64,000 nt of DNA from Spirulina sp. (GTDB taxonomy: Bacteria; Cyanobacteriota; Cyanobacteriia; Phormidesmidales; Phormidesmidaceae), in the NCBI GenBank assembly GCA_044070495.1, contig JBIPSI010000002.1, positions 128,001 to 192,000 of the forward strand, read 5' to 3'. Made by a program: the position numbers and the translations under genes. Positions within the stretch are counted from its first letter, which is position 1. Every line of letters begins with the position of its first letter. The notes under the pieces were generated by a model that made no database searches, was not told where the DNA came from, and saw only the letters and a list, made by a program, of their open reading frames with translations. Of this stretch, positions 1-11,587 are shown in pieces.

Positions 1-1420
1 GATTTCCATCACCTCCACGGTGTTGCAGTTTGCCTACGGCGGCTACACCATCAATTTGCTAGATACCCCCGGCCACCAAGACTTCAGCGAAGACACCTAT
101 CGCACCCTGGCGGCTGCCGACAATGCAGTGATGCTGGAGGATGCGGCCAAGGGTCTGGAACCCCAAACCCTGAAGCTGTTTGAGGTGTGCCGGATGCGGT
201 CATTGCCCATCTTCACCTTTTTTAACAAGATGGATCGGCCTGCCCGTGAGCCATTGGAACTACTGGATGAAATTGAGCAGCGCCTCGATTTGCAGACCTA
301 CGCCGTCAACTGGCCCATCGGCATGGGAGAGCGCTTCAAGGGGGTGTTTGACCGTCGCACTCGCCAAATTCACCTGTTTGAACGCACCGCCCACGGCAAA
401 CGGGCCGCCAAGGACACCGTCATTGACCTGGGCGATCCGCGCATTGAAGACCTGTTAGAACAGGATCTCTACTACCAATTCAAAGAAGAACTGGAGGTCA
501 TCGAAGAACTGGGGCCAGAGCTGGATCTAGAGGCCGTCCACGCCGGACAAATGACCCCCGTCTTCTTCGGCAGCGCCATGACTAACTTTGGCGTCCAGCT
601 CTTTTTGGATGCCTTTTTGGACTACGCCCTCAAGCCCTCCCCCCGCGACAGCACCATTGGCGAAGTGCCCCCCACCCACGAGGAATTCTCCGGGTTTGTG
701 TTCAAGCTTCAGGCCAATATGGATCCCAAACACCGCGACCGGGTGGCCTTTGTGCGGGTCTGTTCCGGCAAGTTTGAGAAGGACATGGTGGTCAACCACG
801 CCCGGTCTGGCAAAACCGTGCGCCTGTCTCACCCCCAAAAGCTGTTTGCCCAAGGCCGCGAATCCCTCGAAGAAGCCTTCCCCGGCGATGTGATTGGCCT
901 TAACAACCCTGGCGTGTTTGCCATTGGCGACACCATCTATCAGGGGCAGCGCCTAGAGTACGAAGGCATTCCCTGCTTTTCGCCAGAAATTTTCGCCTAC
1001 CTCAAAAACCCTAACCCCTCCAAATACAAGCAGTTTCAAAAGGGCGTGCTCGAACTGCGAGAAGAAGGGGCGGTGCAGATCATGTTCTCCGCCGACGAAG
1101 CCAAACGCGACCCGATTCTAGCGGCGGTGGGGCAGCTTCAGTTTGAGGTGGTGCAGTTCCGCATGAAAAACGAATACAACGTAGACACCACCCTCGAACT
1201 GCTGCCCTACTCCGTGGCCCGCTGGGTGGAGGGCGGCTGGGACGCCCTAGAAAAGGCCGGACGACTGTTCAACACCGTGGTGGTCAAAGATAGCTGGAAT
1301 CGCCCGGTGCTGCTGTTCCGCAACGAATGGAACTGCCAGCAAATCGCCGCTGATCACCCAGAACTGAAGCTCAGCACCATTGCCCCGGTCTCCTCCGGCA
1401 AGGAACCCGCCAGCCTATAG
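1..1420 (+). CDS. prfC: Peptide chain release factor 3 (5' end lies before the window)
   Basis: DTPGHQDF (G3) and NKMD (G4) GTPase motifs, [14 protein letters not shown], and AVGQLQFEV, all typical of RF3. The frame is open from the window start. Confidence 0.97.
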   Translation, partial: ISITSTVLQFAYGGYTINLLDTPGHQDFSEDTYRTLAAADNAVMLEDAAKGLEPQTLKLFEVCRMRSLPIFTFFNKMDRPAREPLELLDEIEQRLDLQTYAVNWPIGMGERFKGVFDRRTRQIHLFERTAHGKRAAKDTVIDLGDPRIEDLLEQDLYYQFKEELEVIEELGPELDLEAVHAGQMTPVFFGSAMTNFGVQLFLDAFLDYALKPSPRDSTIGEVPPTHEEFSGFVFKLQANMDPKHRDRVAFVRVCSGKFEKDMVVNHARSGKTVRLSHPQKLFAQGRESLEEAFPGDVIGLNNPGVFAIGDTIYQGQRLEYEGIPCFSPEIFAYLKNPNPSKYKQFQKGVLELREEGAVQIMFSADEAKRDPILAAVGQLQFEVVQFRMKNEYNVDTTLELLPYSVARWVEGGWDALEKAGRLFNTVVVKDSWNRPVLLFRNEWNCQQIAADHPELKLSTIAPVSSGKEPASL

Positions 1421-1620
1421 GGTCTCGGTTGAGGGAAATAGGGAAGTAGGAGAGGTCAATCACATGGAGATATAAACCAGCAAATCGCCACCATATTGCA
1501 GGAAAAGTATTGCAGGAAAAGTTCGTAGATCTAACCGACTACCACGCTCAATACTTCGCCTATGAGCTAACCCGGCGGTTTTCGTCGGATCGACTGGAGA
1601 AGCTGGCCGTTACCTTTGCG

Positions 1621-1762
1621 GGTAGTGCCTTTTAGTACAAGGACAGAGGAAAAGACGGACTCTTCCCTTTCTGCCAGTCTCTCTATATCTCGACGATTGT
1701 AGTCATGGATGAACATCCAGATGGCTCCAATGTGATTCTCGATCTTCTTAGAGAACGACGAG
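1621..1762 (-). mobile_element. IS1-family transposase 3' remnant with terminal inverted repeat
   Basis: Minus-strand peptide SFSKKIENHIGAIWMFIHDYN matches the C-terminus of cyanobacterial IS1 InsB. The element ends in GGTAGTG (1621-1627), an IS1-type terminus. Confidence 0.75.
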
Positions 1763-1769
1763 GAGTGGG

Positions 1770-2813
1770 TTATTGCTTCAACGTCCTCGGATCTAAAGCA
1801 TCGCGCAGGCCGTCGCCCAGTAGGTTGAAGGCGAGGGATGTGACCACAATTAAAATAGCCGGGGGCCACACTAGCCAGGGTTGCAGCACCAGAATCGAGG
1901 CATTGGTGGCGAGGGTGAGCATATTGCCCCAGGAGGCATCGGGTTGTTGGATGCCGAGGCCAATGAAGCTCAGCACCGCTTCGGCGAGGATGAAGCCGGG
2001 GATGGCCAGGGTGGCGGCGATGATGCCGTAGGTGGCGGTTTGGGGCAGCACGTGGCGGGTGATGATGTAGAGCGGACGGCCCCCCATGACGCGACTGGCC
2101 TGCACGAAGTCTTGCTCTTTGATGGAGAGCACTTGGCCACGGATCACCCGCGCCAATCCGGCCCAGCCCACCAGGGAGGTAATCAGCACGATTAGGAAGA
2201 AGCGCTGGATGCTGCTGAGGCCAGCGGGGAGGACAGCGGCGAGGGCCACCAGCAGGTAAATGCTAGGGATGGTCATCAGCACTTCCACAAAGCGCATGAG
2301 GACGGCATCGACCATGCCACCAAAGTATCCGGCGATGCCGCCCACCAGAAGCCCCAAGGGGAAGGAAATGATGATGCCGATGAGGCCCACCGCCAGGCTA
2401 ACGCGGCTGCCGTGGATGAGGCGGCTGAACTGGTCGCGGGCCTGTTCGTCGGTGCCCAGCAGGTTGAGGTAGCCGGGGCCAGTGGTGTCTAGGAGTTTGA
2501 GTTGGCCCTCGGCGTTGCGGTGCAGAATGCGCAGGGCGGAGGGCTGGCTGCGGTCTACGATCAGTTCCCGTGCCCCGGTGTCGATATCGACTGGGCCTTG
2601 GGTGGTGGGGTAGACGTGGGGGAAGAAGCGCCCGGTGTCGGCGTCGCGCCAGTAGATTTGGGTGGGCGGCAACAGGGAACCGTTGGCCTGGGTGGCGTAG
2701 GGGCTGTAGGGCGCGAAGAAGTCGGCCCCAAGGGCGACCGTGTAAAGCACGATCAGCAACACAGCCCCCAGTTGGGCCAGACGATTGGTTTTAAGTTTGC
2801 GCCACCAGGTCAT
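1770..2813 (-). CDS. Oligopeptide/dipeptide ABC transporter permease (OppC/DppC type)
   Basis: LLGTDEQARDQFSRLIHGSRVSL, an EAA-loop-like FVQASRVMGG, and AFNLLGDGLRDALDP. Confidence 0.93.
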   Translation of the reverse strand: MTWWRKLKTNRLAQLGAVLLIVLYTVALGADFFAPYSPYATQANGSLLPPTQIYWRDADTGRFFPHVYPTTQGPVDIDTGARELIVDRSQPSALRILHRNAEGQLKLLDTTGPGYLNLLGTDEQARDQFSRLIHGSRVSLAVGLIGIIISFPLGLLVGGIAGYFGGMVDAVLMRFVEVLMTIPSIYLLVALAAVLPAGLSSIQRFFLIVLITSLVGWAGLARVIRGQVLSIKEQDFVQASRVMGGRPLYIITRHVLPQTATYGIIAATLAIPGFILAEAVLSFIGLGIQQPDASWGNMLTLATNASILVLQPWLVWPPAILIVVTSLAFNLLGDGLRDALDPRTLKQ

Positions 2814-2819
2814 AGCCGA

Positions 2820-3668
2820 TTATGTATGGATTACGGTTTTCTCGTTCTCCACCATAAACACATTTGAGTAAAGGTTCGCAATAATTTGCTTACCTTCCTG
2901 GGTCAGCGACAGGTAGCGTAGGCCATCTTGGATGTAGGGATGCACCACGTTCCAATAGAAGCCGGGGTAGTTGGCGCGCAGATCGGCGGGATGTTTGTAG
3001 CCGAGGTGCTTGTTTTGTCCGGTTTCCTCAAATTCGTAGAACAGGGCACCGATTTTCTTGAGGTAGCGGGGATCGCTAAGCTGGCCGATCAGATCCGCCG
3101 CCCGCACCAGGCCAGGGAAATGCTGGGTGTCTTGGTGGTCTTCCTCCTTGGGCACCGGGAAACGGGTGAGTTCGATGTTGCGCTTGATGACTTCGGCGTT
3201 GATTAGCTTATTGCCGCCAAAGCGTTCTTCAATGAATCGCTTGCCCCGGTCTACGTGGTAGGGCGTTAGGGAGGCATCGGAGGCCCCTGGTTGCAACATC
3301 ACCATTTCGTCGCCTTGTCCGGTGGAATAGAGGTGGTTGCGGTCTTGGTCGTGGCGGCAGACGCCTTTGACGTAGCCAATGTCATGGCAGACCAGGGAAA
3401 TAATAAAGTGCATCCAATCGTCGCAGGTGACGCCGCCCTCACGGATGTGCTTGCCGCGCAGAATTTCTTGCCCCACCAGGGCGACCAAAATCGTGTGCTC
3501 GACATTGTGGTAGAGAGCGTCGCTGTTGGCGATATTTTCTAGGGCCATGCTGCCTGCCCAGGCAATGATGTCTTCGTAGTCGGGGTTTTGGCCGCCATAG
3601 GTGCGGTGGTAGCCCGCCCTAAGTTTGGAGACAAAGTCGCTGATGAGGAGTTCGGTGGCGTTAAACAT
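2820..3668 (-). CDS. HD-domain metal-dependent phosphohydrolase (conserved cyanobacterial family)
   Basis: YHNVEHT, CHDIGY and RAADLIGQ metal-binding motifs. Confidence 0.88.
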   Translation of the reverse strand: MFNATELLISDFVSKLRAGYHRTYGGQNPDYEDIIAWAGSMALENIANSDALYHNVEHTILVALVGQEILRGKHIREGGVTCDDWMHFIISLVCHDIGYVKGVCRHDQDRNHLYSTGQGDEMVMLQPGASDASLTPYHVDRGKRFIEERFGGNKLINAEVIKRNIELTRFPVPKEEDHQDTQHFPGLVRAADLIGQLSDPRYLKKIGALFYEFEETGQNKHLGYKHPADLRANYPGFYWNVVHPYIQDGLRYLSLTQEGKQIIANLYSNVFMVENEKTVIHT

Positions 3669-4113
3669 TCCCAAAACCTGCCTTCGTTAGCCTGAGTGAA
3701 CGGTGAAACCGGAGATAGCCGCTGCTGTGAGCCTGGAGGGTAAAGGGTGACGATGGCTGGGAACTCGACTCACGGGCTTTGATGAGTAAAGGTACCAGGT
3801 TTCTCTATTGTGTACCTACTGCTATTACACCAAACCTGCCCTATTTTGAGGTGTGATGCAGGTCAGGCTGATCGATGAGATAGGCCACGTCAGCCCATTT
3901 CCCAGGCTTAGGGTGCCCCCAAGCCCAACTAAATCTCCAGGATTCGCCCTGAAAAATCAACATTTTTTAATCTTTACAGATGGCCCACAGCGGTTGGTGG
4001 CGGTGGGATGGTCTTCTCTCCCAATGCTGCGCTAACCCTGCGCTAGGTCTCCCTAGCGGGGTCTCTATGCTCACGGTATCAGGACAAAACCAACCGATCT
4101 GCTCAGCCGACCT

Positions 4114-4965
4114 TCAATGACTCTGGCTTTTATCAGTGTTTGGACGAGCTACAGGGGATGTAGTAGAGGGAATAAAGGGTTCTAGAAGCTGCCCTGCTAG
4201 GGATGGCGCTATAGCCTGATTAAGGCCGTATTTCCCCGGCCAGCGTCTTTTGGGCAGGTATAGGGTACCAAATAGTTTGTCTACCCAAGGGAAAATAGCA
4301 GCGTAGTTTTTGTCGTAATGTTCTGGTGAGTCATTGGTATGGTGCCAGTGATGAAATGCCGGAGTGGCTACGATCCTCTCTAACCACCCAAAACGCCAGG
4401 ATAAATTGGCATGGATAAAGAAACTCCAGATAGTGCCAACGATTGTGTAGACCAACGGCACGATATCGACCGTTTCTCCGGTGGGCTGAGCCAAGCCCAA
4501 TACATAAATAGGCATCAGACCACACAGCCGCAGAAAGAAAATATCTAGAGGATGGGCGCGGGTATTGACCAGCCAGTCCATTTCTTCAGGGCTGTGGTGA
4601 ATCGCGTGGAAGCGCCATAGGATGGGGAATTCATGCATCCAGCGGTGGCCCCAATAGCTGCCGAACTCTCCCACAATGATGGCCAGTAGCAGGCGAACCT
4701 CCACTGACAAACTGGCCATTCCCCCGTACAGACCGATGGGCTCAAGGCGATGAACAATCCAGGCCACCATCGACAGGGGCAACACTAACAGCATTTGCGG
4801 CAACAAACTATTCAAAAAGAAATAGGCAATGTCTATCGAGAATTCCTTACGAAATATCTGCTGTTTGTTCTGAGGACTAAGTCTTTCTAGGGGGACAAAA
4901 AGGATCAGTAACAACCCTAACCAAACCGATAATCTAACGACATTTAATACGAGGGACGAGAGCAT
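4114..4965 (-). CDS. Sterol desaturase / fatty acid hydroxylase family membrane protein
   Basis: His boxes HRWMH, HAIHHS, FFIH and FHHWHH, plus several TM segments. Confidence 0.9.
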   Translation of the reverse strand: MLSSLVLNVVRLSVWLGLLLILFVPLERLSPQNKQQIFRKEFSIDIAYFFLNSLLPQMLLVLPLSMVAWIVHRLEPIGLYGGMASLSVEVRLLLAIIVGEFGSYWGHRWMHEFPILWRFHAIHHSPEEMDWLVNTRAHPLDIFFLRLCGLMPIYVLGLAQPTGETVDIVPLVYTIVGTIWSFFIHANLSWRFGWLERIVATPAFHHWHHTNDSPEHYDKNYAAIFPWVDKLFGTLYLPKRRWPGKYGLNQAIAPSLAGQLLEPFIPSTTSPVARPNTDKSQSH

Positions 4966-5129
4966 GGGTCGAGTCTATCTTGAGATCTTGGTCAGTCCGG
5001 CGAGTGTCACAACGCTAACAAACGTACTGCTTCAACCTGATAGGATGAAGCAGTACGCGTTCAATCAACTAGCATCTACGAAAGTTGATGAAGGCCGAGT
5101 TCCTGGGGGCCTGCAAAATCTCCAGGAAC

Positions 5130-5951
5130 TTATTCTTCAGCCTCCTCTGAACCTTCGCCCTTGCGCTTGCGCAGAGCCGCCACACCCAGACCAACCAGAC
5201 CGGGCAGCAGGGCCGGGGTGGGAACTTCGCTGACAGAAACCCCAGACAGCAGAGAGAAGGGCGGCTGACCAGCGGGAGAACCCGTAGCCAGGAAGCTCAA
5301 CACCTCAGTGGAACTGGTGGCCGTGAAGTTCATGGTGACCTGTTGCCAGCCGCTCACAGGAGCTTTGCTGGGATGGAGCATCGTGGGCGAGGTCTGACTA
5401 GCCCCACCGAAGCTCACAGTCCAGCCACTCTGAGAGTCGCCATCAAACCCGTCTTGCTGACCAGCGGCCTGCCAGAAGCTCACGGTATATTGCAGACCTT
5501 GGGTGAGACCAGTCAAGGTTTGGCTGACGCTAGGGATGCTCGCAGCCGAGGGGAAAGCCCCATCCATTGCGATAAACCAACCCGAACCGTCAGCACTATT
5601 AACAGTCTGACCTTGAGAGTACAACCTTACTGGAATACCACCAGGGCCTTCAAGGAAAGAATTATTCGGATCAACATCAGGGCCATCCGCATTCATGTCG
5701 GTTGTAGCTGCATCTCCGTCGGAAAGCAGAAAACCATAAGCCTGGTTGCCAATAGTCCAGCCATCAATGGTGACACCACCACTGCCCAAATAGCCTGAAG
5801 AGGCTCCGCCTAGGCTGTTGTTTGCAAAGCCACCATTGGTGAAGCCCAAGGCATAGGCAGGGGCGCTAATAGCTGACATACCGACCACTGACAGACCAAC
5901 AACGGCGGCCCCAACGGCTTGATTCAGTTGAAACATTTTTGAATTCTCCAA
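5130..5951 (-). CDS. PEP-CTERM (PTPA-CTERM variant) sorting-domain surface protein
   Basis: N-terminal signal peptide (…APAYA), a Gly/Ser/Thr-rich body, and C-terminal VPTPALLPGLVGLGVAALRKRK. Confidence 0.9.
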   Translation of the reverse strand: MENSKMFQLNQAVGAAVVGLSVVGMSAISAPAYALGFTNGGFANNSLGGASSGYLGSGGVTIDGWTIGNQAYGFLLSDGDAATTDMNADGPDVDPNNSFLEGPGGIPVRLYSQGQTVNSADGSGWFIAMDGAFPSAASIPSVSQTLTGLTQGLQYTVSFWQAAGQQDGFDGDSQSGWTVSFGGASQTSPTMLHPSKAPVSGWQQVTMNFTATSSTEVLSFLATGSPAGQPPFSLLSGVSVSEVPTPALLPGLVGLGVAALRKRKGEGSEEAEE

Positions 5952-6618
5952 TCAATAAACAGGGTGAAATGAACTATTTTGGTAGATCCCTGTCTTAGAA
6001 GATTGGTAGGTTGCACAGACTAAGCCTGATTCAGTTCTTAGCAGGATGATCGAAAGGCATTGCCCTCTAGATACCCATTGCTAGCCTTCAATGGCACCCA
6101 AGTATGGACAGCCTGCTTAAGGCTAGCTGCCCTGGTTTTTAAGGGTGGCCCTGCGAAGTACTTGGGGGTTTTGAACCTTGCGAAAGCTCAGGTATACGGT
6201 TGTGCTGAGGCTAAACCTAGCCTGAACCGAACTTGAGCAAACTCCCCTGATTTTCAGTGTTGATTTGGGAGAAGCCGTAAGGCTCTAACCAAACCACTCT
6301 TTTATAACCTTTTCTTTTAAAGGAAGAATCTGGCCAGTGTGAAGAAATCAATAAGGAGAGAAAGAATGGTGAACATTGCTAGCGTACTCTAGTCGGCGAT
6401 GTTCGCTATTAAGGTACCAAGACACAAAGCTGACCGGGCTCTGGCAACACCAGCCGCGTTCGATTCCGCTCAACCATGGACATCACGCTAAACGTCTGTT
6501 CCACCATAGCGGTGACTTTGGGCAGCGTACCCTTTGCGATCTGTCCCTACAGGTCACTGACTTGGATGAGCGGCGACGACGGTTGTTCCCGTACTGAGAA
6601 CGATAGGTTTCCCTGGTC

Positions 6619-7380
6619 CTAGGGCGAAAACTCGTACTCCTGCATCTCAAGGCGGCAGCCATCCTGTTCATTCAGGGCGCGCTTAATCGGGTTGATGTCG
6701 CGAAAGCCCTCTGGCCCCCGTTGTTCTAGGGAATCGGAAAAGCGATCCGCAAATTCGGCTACGCAGGAGTTACGACTCGTGGCCAGTTGGTCTAGGGCGG
6801 CCTGGGCACCGTTCATATCCCAGGCCGCCACGGCTCCGTGTAGTTGTTCCCAGGCGCGATCATCCTGGGTGTTGGTGGCAACCTGGTTCTGGTAGCGATC
6901 CAAAATCGTAAATGCTAGCCAAAAGCTGAGGCCGAGGATGGTAGCCACCCCCATGGCCAGCAGACAACCCGCCCAGGGGGCACGGTTCGACCGAGGAGAG
7001 CTTTCGGTGTCCCCCTGTTTGGCCAGTTGGGTGTAGTAGGTCACAAAGGGCGGCATTTGATCCATGAACCACACCTCAATGCCAATGCCCTTGAGTTGCT
7101 CGGCAAAGGCGTAGGCCGCTTCCCACTGCTGGTCGGGGGTAAGTCCGGCAATAACAGGTTTTTGGTCAGGGAAATGACTCCGCTGAATCTTTAGATCCCC
7201 CACGGCGGTCTGTAGGTTGGCCTCGGTGAGGGTATGAACACAGTGGATGACGTAGTCCTGGGTCAGGATATCCACTTTCTTTCCGGTGGGCACCGGCACT
7301 TGGCAGTAGACATCGTGCCCATGCTGTTCGAGCCAGCGGGATAGAAAAGCCTGTAGGGTTTCTAGGTTAGGGAACTCCAT
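6619..7380 (-). CDS. Hypothetical single-TM protein with a degenerate restriction-endonuclease-like N-terminal domain
   Basis: 253-aa ORF. QVPVPTGKKVDILTQDYVIHC resembles a PD-(D/E)xK core lacking E/K. One central hydrophobic segment. Confidence 0.6.
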   Translation of the reverse strand: MEFPNLETLQAFLSRWLEQHGHDVYCQVPVPTGKKVDILTQDYVIHCVHTLTEANLQTAVGDLKIQRSHFPDQKPVIAGLTPDQQWEAAYAFAEQLKGIGIEVWFMDQMPPFVTYYTQLAKQGDTESSPRSNRAPWAGCLLAMGVATILGLSFWLAFTILDRYQNQVATNTQDDRAWEQLHGAVAAWDMNGAQAALDQLATSRNSCVAEFADRFSDSLEQRGPEGFRDINPIKRALNEQDGCRLEMQEYEFSP

Positions 7381-7544
7381 AAATGGGGAGATGGCGATGG
7401 GATGAACCGCAGGATAACCTCACGGAAAGCAGCGATTTGCCCTACATCTTATTGCGCATTCCGCTCAGCGACACACGCATTCCATCAAGGCCACCATCCC
7501 ACCCCCCCTCAACGAGGTTGGCAGGATGGTGCGGCGATGATCCC

Positions 7545-7835
7545 CTAATGGTGGGGGGGCGCATCGCCGCTGAAGGGCTGTACCCCGGTAGCCGGGTAGT
7601 TGTCGTGGCTGGGGCTAAAGAGTTCTAGAATTGCTTCCACCAAGTCACCAAAAAAGCCCCGTTGCGCCTTCAGTTCCGGGATGGCCTCTCGGACATGATC
7701 CGGGGAAAACGCATAGCCCTGGGTTTCCCCCAGGTTGATCAAATCACTGGCCTGTTCTGCCCCCTGCACCTGGCTTTTTAGCTCAGGGTCGGTGGCCGCT
7801 TGCTGGAGAAACGAGAGCGCATTTTCTTTGGACAT
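7545..7835 (-). CDS. Nif11-like leader peptide domain protein
   Basis: MSKENALSFLQQAATDPELKSQV…GYAFS pattern of Nif11-type leaders. Confidence 0.8.
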   Translation of the reverse strand: MSKENALSFLQQAATDPELKSQVQGAEQASDLINLGETQGYAFSPDHVREAIPELKAQRGFFGDLVEAILELFSPSHDNYPATGVQPFSGDAPPHH

Positions 7836-8611
7836 ACCGTTTCACTTCCATGACCTAACAAACAATGGAGAGCGCCTAGCGCTAGAGGTTCGTAGTCGCA
7901 GTCCAGATCGGGCACCAGCGGCGTTAGGCCAAAGAGCCAAGGCCCCATCGGCCAGATCGAGACCTGAAACCCATCTCCTCCTACCTCTAGTGTTACGCTG
8001 CCCTGACAAATCCAGCCACCTTCCTCAACAGAACCTTGCATTTCTTGAAACGGGTTCATTGAAGCCCAGCTTCAGCCTTGGCAAAGATCGTCGGCCTAAA
8101 ACAGCCCTGAACCTAGTTTGTGCTAATTTTTCCTTCATTAAGCCTTAATTTGAGGCTGTTTTGGGGATTTGCACAACGGCCTTCCAACCGCTAAACTAAC
8201 GTTAAGCAATGTAAATAAACTTCTAAGGAAAAAATATCGGTGCCCTAGTCTGTTCTCCTTCGAGTCTTTGTCTTTGCGTTGTTGTCTTGGCTAGCTCCAA
8301 CAGGCTAGTTTCCCCTGAATGCTTTCCCGTGGTGAAGGTCATCCTTGATCCGAAGCACGAGGCCGAAGATTCTCGCCAACCCCATGTCCGTCGAAGTCTA
8401 TGGTAGGTATCTAAATTTACCCACCCTAAGCGACGGTTCTCCCCACCTTCTGGGAGGAGTAAGGTTACGTAAAGTATTAATAAGGCTTGGGGCCGATCCC
8501 CTCACCGCTGTCTAGCCAAGGCCAAGGCTGGCATTTATCTTCACCCCCAAGGCGTGGTTTAGCCCGCATCGGCCTTCCGTTTCTCTCACCGCCCTGAATC
8601 CCTAGGTTGCC

Positions 8612-11110
8612 ATGTTTGAACATTTTACGAACACCGCCATTGCGGTCATCATGAAGGCTCAGGAGGAGGCCCGTCGCCTGCGCCACAATTTTGTCGGCAC
8701 CGAGCAACTGTTGCTGGGGCTGATTAAAGAAGACAATACGGTGTCTGCCCGCGTGCTAAACGATTTTGGCGTCACCCTAGAGGATGCCCGCACCGAGGTG
8801 GAAGCCATCATTGGCCGGGGTAGCGGCAGTGTCCCGCCCGAAATCCCCTTTACCCCCAAGGTGAAGCAGGTGTTTGAGCAGGCCTTTCAGGAGGCCCGCA
8901 AGCTGGATGCCGCCTACATCGAGCCGGAACACCTGCTGCTCAGCCTCACCCAAAACACCGAAAGCGTGGCCTATCGGGTGATGAGCAATCTCGGCGTGGA
9001 TCCGGCCAAGGTGCGGACTCGGGTGATTCAAGAACTGGGCGAGGCCGCTTCCATCCCGGCGGGTCGGGGTGGTCGAGATCGCGACCTCGACGACAACCGC
9101 AAGAAGGGCAAGATTCTCTCTGAATTCGGTAACGATCTCACGGCCCTTGCCGCCCAGGGCAAAATTGACCCCGTCGTCGGTCGGGCCAAGGAAATCGAGC
9201 GGGTGGTGCAGATCCTCGGTCGGCGCACCAAAAATAACCCCATCCTGGTGGGCGAACCGGGCGTAGGCAAAACCGCCATCGCCGAAGGACTGGCCCAGCG
9301 CATCGTCAACCAGGACGTGCCCGAAGCCCTGCTCACCAAGCGGGTGATCAGCCTAGACATGGGTTCCATGGTGGCCGGAACCCGCTTCCGGGGCGACTTT
9401 GAAGAACGCCTTACCCAACTGGTGGAGGAAGTTCGCCAAGACCCCGATGTCGTGCTGGTGATCGACGAAATTCACACCCTAATCGGCGCGGGTTCCCTAG
9501 AGGGGGGCATGGACGCCGCTAACCTGCTAAAACCTGCCCTCGCCCGTGGGGAGATGCAGTGCATCGGAGCCACCACCCTGGACGAGTTCCGCAAGTACAT
9601 CGAACGGGATGCCGCCCTAGAACGTCGCTTCCAGCCCGTCACCATCAGCCCGCCCTCGGTGCCCGAAACCATCGAAATTCTCCAGGGCATCCGCAGTCGC
9701 TACGAGCAGTTCCACCAAGTCACCATCACCGACGAGGCGATTGAAGCCGCCGCCAAGCTGTCGGATCGCTATATTTCTGACCGCTTCCTGCCCGACAAGG
9801 CCATCGACCTGATCGACGAAGCGGGTTCCCAGGTAAAACTGCGCTTGGCTCCCAAGTACCCCTCCAAAGAACTGAAGCAGCAGTTGCGCCAGATCAACAA
9901 AGATCTGGATGGAGCCATCGAACTCCAGGACTTCGGCAAGGCTAAGGCACTGCAAGGGGAACGCCAGGAACTCTTGGCCCAAATTCAGGCCGAGGTGCCC
10001 GAATACGCCGAAGCCGCCGCTGAATTGTCCCAAACCCAAGCGCCAGCCCTGCCCGTGGTGGATGAGGAAAGCATTGCCAACGTGGTCGCCGCCTGGACGG
10101 GTATCCCCGTTAACCGCATGACCGAAACCGAAGCGGTGCGCCTCATCCACATGGAGGACATCCTCCACGAGCGGGTGGTGGGCCAGCACGAAGCGGTGGT
10201 GGCTGCGGCCAAATCGATTCGGCGGGCGCGGTCTGGTCTGTCTAGCGCCGACCGTCCCATCGCCAGCCTGGTGTTTGCGGGGCCAACGGGGGTCGGTAAA
10301 ACCGAGCTGTCTAAGGCCCTCGCCGTGGCCCTGTTCGGTTCCGAAGAGGCGATGATCCGGCTGGATATGTCGGAATACATGGAAAGCCACACGGTCTCTA
10401 AGCTAATCGGCTCTCCGCCGGGATTCGTGGGCTACGACGAAGGCGGCCAACTCACCGAAGCCGTCCGTCGCAAACCCTACACCGTCATCCTGATGGACGA
10501 AATCGAAAAGGCCCACCCCGACGTGTTCAACCTGCTGTTGCAGGTGCTCGACGACGGCATTCTGTCTGACGCCAAGGGCCGCACCGTCAGCTTCAAGAAC
10601 ACCCTGATTATCCTCACCTCCAACATTGGCTCCCAGGTGATCGAAAAGGGCGGCAACAGCCTAGGGTTCGACCTCGCCACCGATGCCGCCAACAGCCAGT
10701 ACAACAACATCCGCAACCTGGTCAACGAGGAAATGAAGCAGTACTTCCGCCCGGAACTGCTGAACCGCCTCGACGAAATCATCGTCTTCCGCCAGCTCAC
10801 CCGCGAGGAAGTGAACCAGATCGCCGATCTGATGCTGGATCAGGTGAACAAGCGCTTGGCCGACCGCCAAATGCAGGTAACGCTCTCCGATGCCTTCCGC
10901 GACAAACTAGCCGCCACCGGGTACGACCAGCGCTATGGTGCCCGTCCCATGCGTCGCGCCATCGCCCGCCTAGTGGAAGACACCCTGGCCGAAGCCATCC
11001 TGGCTGGCACCCTAGAGGAAGGCGACAAGGTGCTGCTCGATGTCGATGCGGAGGGCAATCCCCAGGTGAAACCCGCCCAGCAACCCGCCCTGGTGGGTTC
11101 CAACCACTAA
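8612..11110 (+). CDS. clpC: ATP-dependent Clp protease ATP-binding subunit ClpC (paralog)
   Basis: ClpN repeats ([13 protein letters not shown]), two AAA+ modules (GEPGVGKT and GPTGVGKT), and a short UVR-type middle region. Confidence 0.93.
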   Translation: MFEHFTNTAIAVIMKAQEEARRLRHNFVGTEQLLLGLIKEDNTVSARVLNDFGVTLEDARTEVEAIIGRGSGSVPPEIPFTPKVKQVFEQAFQEARKLDAAYIEPEHLLLSLTQNTESVAYRVMSNLGVDPAKVRTRVIQELGEAASIPAGRGGRDRDLDDNRKKGKILSEFGNDLTALAAQGKIDPVVGRAKEIERVVQILGRRTKNNPILVGEPGVGKTAIAEGLAQRIVNQDVPEALLTKRVISLDMGSMVAGTRFRGDFEERLTQLVEEVRQDPDVVLVIDEIHTLIGAGSLEGGMDAANLLKPALARGEMQCIGATTLDEFRKYIERDAALERRFQPVTISPPSVPETIEILQGIRSRYEQFHQVTITDEAIEAAAKLSDRYISDRFLPDKAIDLIDEAGSQVKLRLAPKYPSKELKQQLRQINKDLDGAIELQDFGKAKALQGERQELLAQIQAEVPEYAEAAAELSQTQAPALPVVDEESIANVVAAWTGIPVNRMTETEAVRLIHMEDILHERVVGQHEAVVAAAKSIRRARSGLSSADRPIASLVFAGPTGVGKTELSKALAVALFGSEEAMIRLDMSEYMESHTVSKLIGSPPGFVGYDEGGQLTEAVRRKPYTVILMDEIEKAHPDVFNLLLQVLDDGILSDAKGRTVSFKNTLIILTSNIGSQVIEKGGNSLGFDLATDAANSQYNNIRNLVNEEMKQYFRPELLNRLDEIIVFRQLTREEVNQIADLMLDQVNKRLADRQMQVTLSDAFRDKLAATGYDQRYGARPMRRAIARLVEDTLAEAILAGTLEEGDKVLLDVDAEGNPQVKPAQQPALVGSNH

Positions 11111-11494
11111 CGTCGCCACCCCAGATCCAAACCAGCGCTGGCCTTTCCCCCGCTTTCTCATGCCTTTTTGGCAGAGGAATCGGGGGGTTTGCTAGGGATG
11201 CCCATTTATTCCCAAACTTGACTAGACTGGACTTGCTGCCATGATTCGCCCTGTGCAGAAGAGGTCATGGTTATGATCGCCGTACACCATCAAAACTCCC
11301 TATCCTTCGATAGTCCAGACTAGCTGACAATTGGGCCGTGAGGATTCTCGCTAGGATAGAGGAATACTGAAAGTGCGTCTACGCCCGCATGTCCAGTCCA
11401 AACGCAGTCCTAGGAGCACTCCTCCAACCAATCAAGCATCCATTTGCGGGGTAGGCTGTGGGGTGATTTCGACGAACCACTTTTCTAAACGGTT

Positions 11495-11500
11495 TATAAT
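11495..11500 (+). promoter_or_regulatory. Putative -10 box (TATAAT) for the riboswitch transcript
   Basis: Perfect TATAAT about 5 nt upstream of the TPP aptamer. Confidence 0.55.
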
Positions 11501-11504
11501 GCCA

Positions 11505-11587
11505 ACATGCTAGGGGTGTCCGACCATCGGACTGAGATCATACCCTCAGAACCTGACCTGGTTAATGCCAGCGGAGGGAAGCCATGC
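11505..11587 (+). ncRNA. TPP (THI-box) riboswitch
   Basis: AGGGGTG-TCCGA…TCGGA-CTGAGA-…ATACCC…GAACCTGA…GGTTAATGCCAGCGGAGGGAA matches the THI-box consensus, with a CATGCT/AGCCATG P1 stem. Confidence 0.95.

Noticed and set aside
1495..1522. Tandem duplication TATTGCAGGAAAAG x2
   Set aside because: Only two copies and no context, so probably slippage.
8430..8447. K-box-like heat-shock element upstream of clpC
   Set aside because: Only the CGG-N4-CCNNAC core matches, which is too weak.
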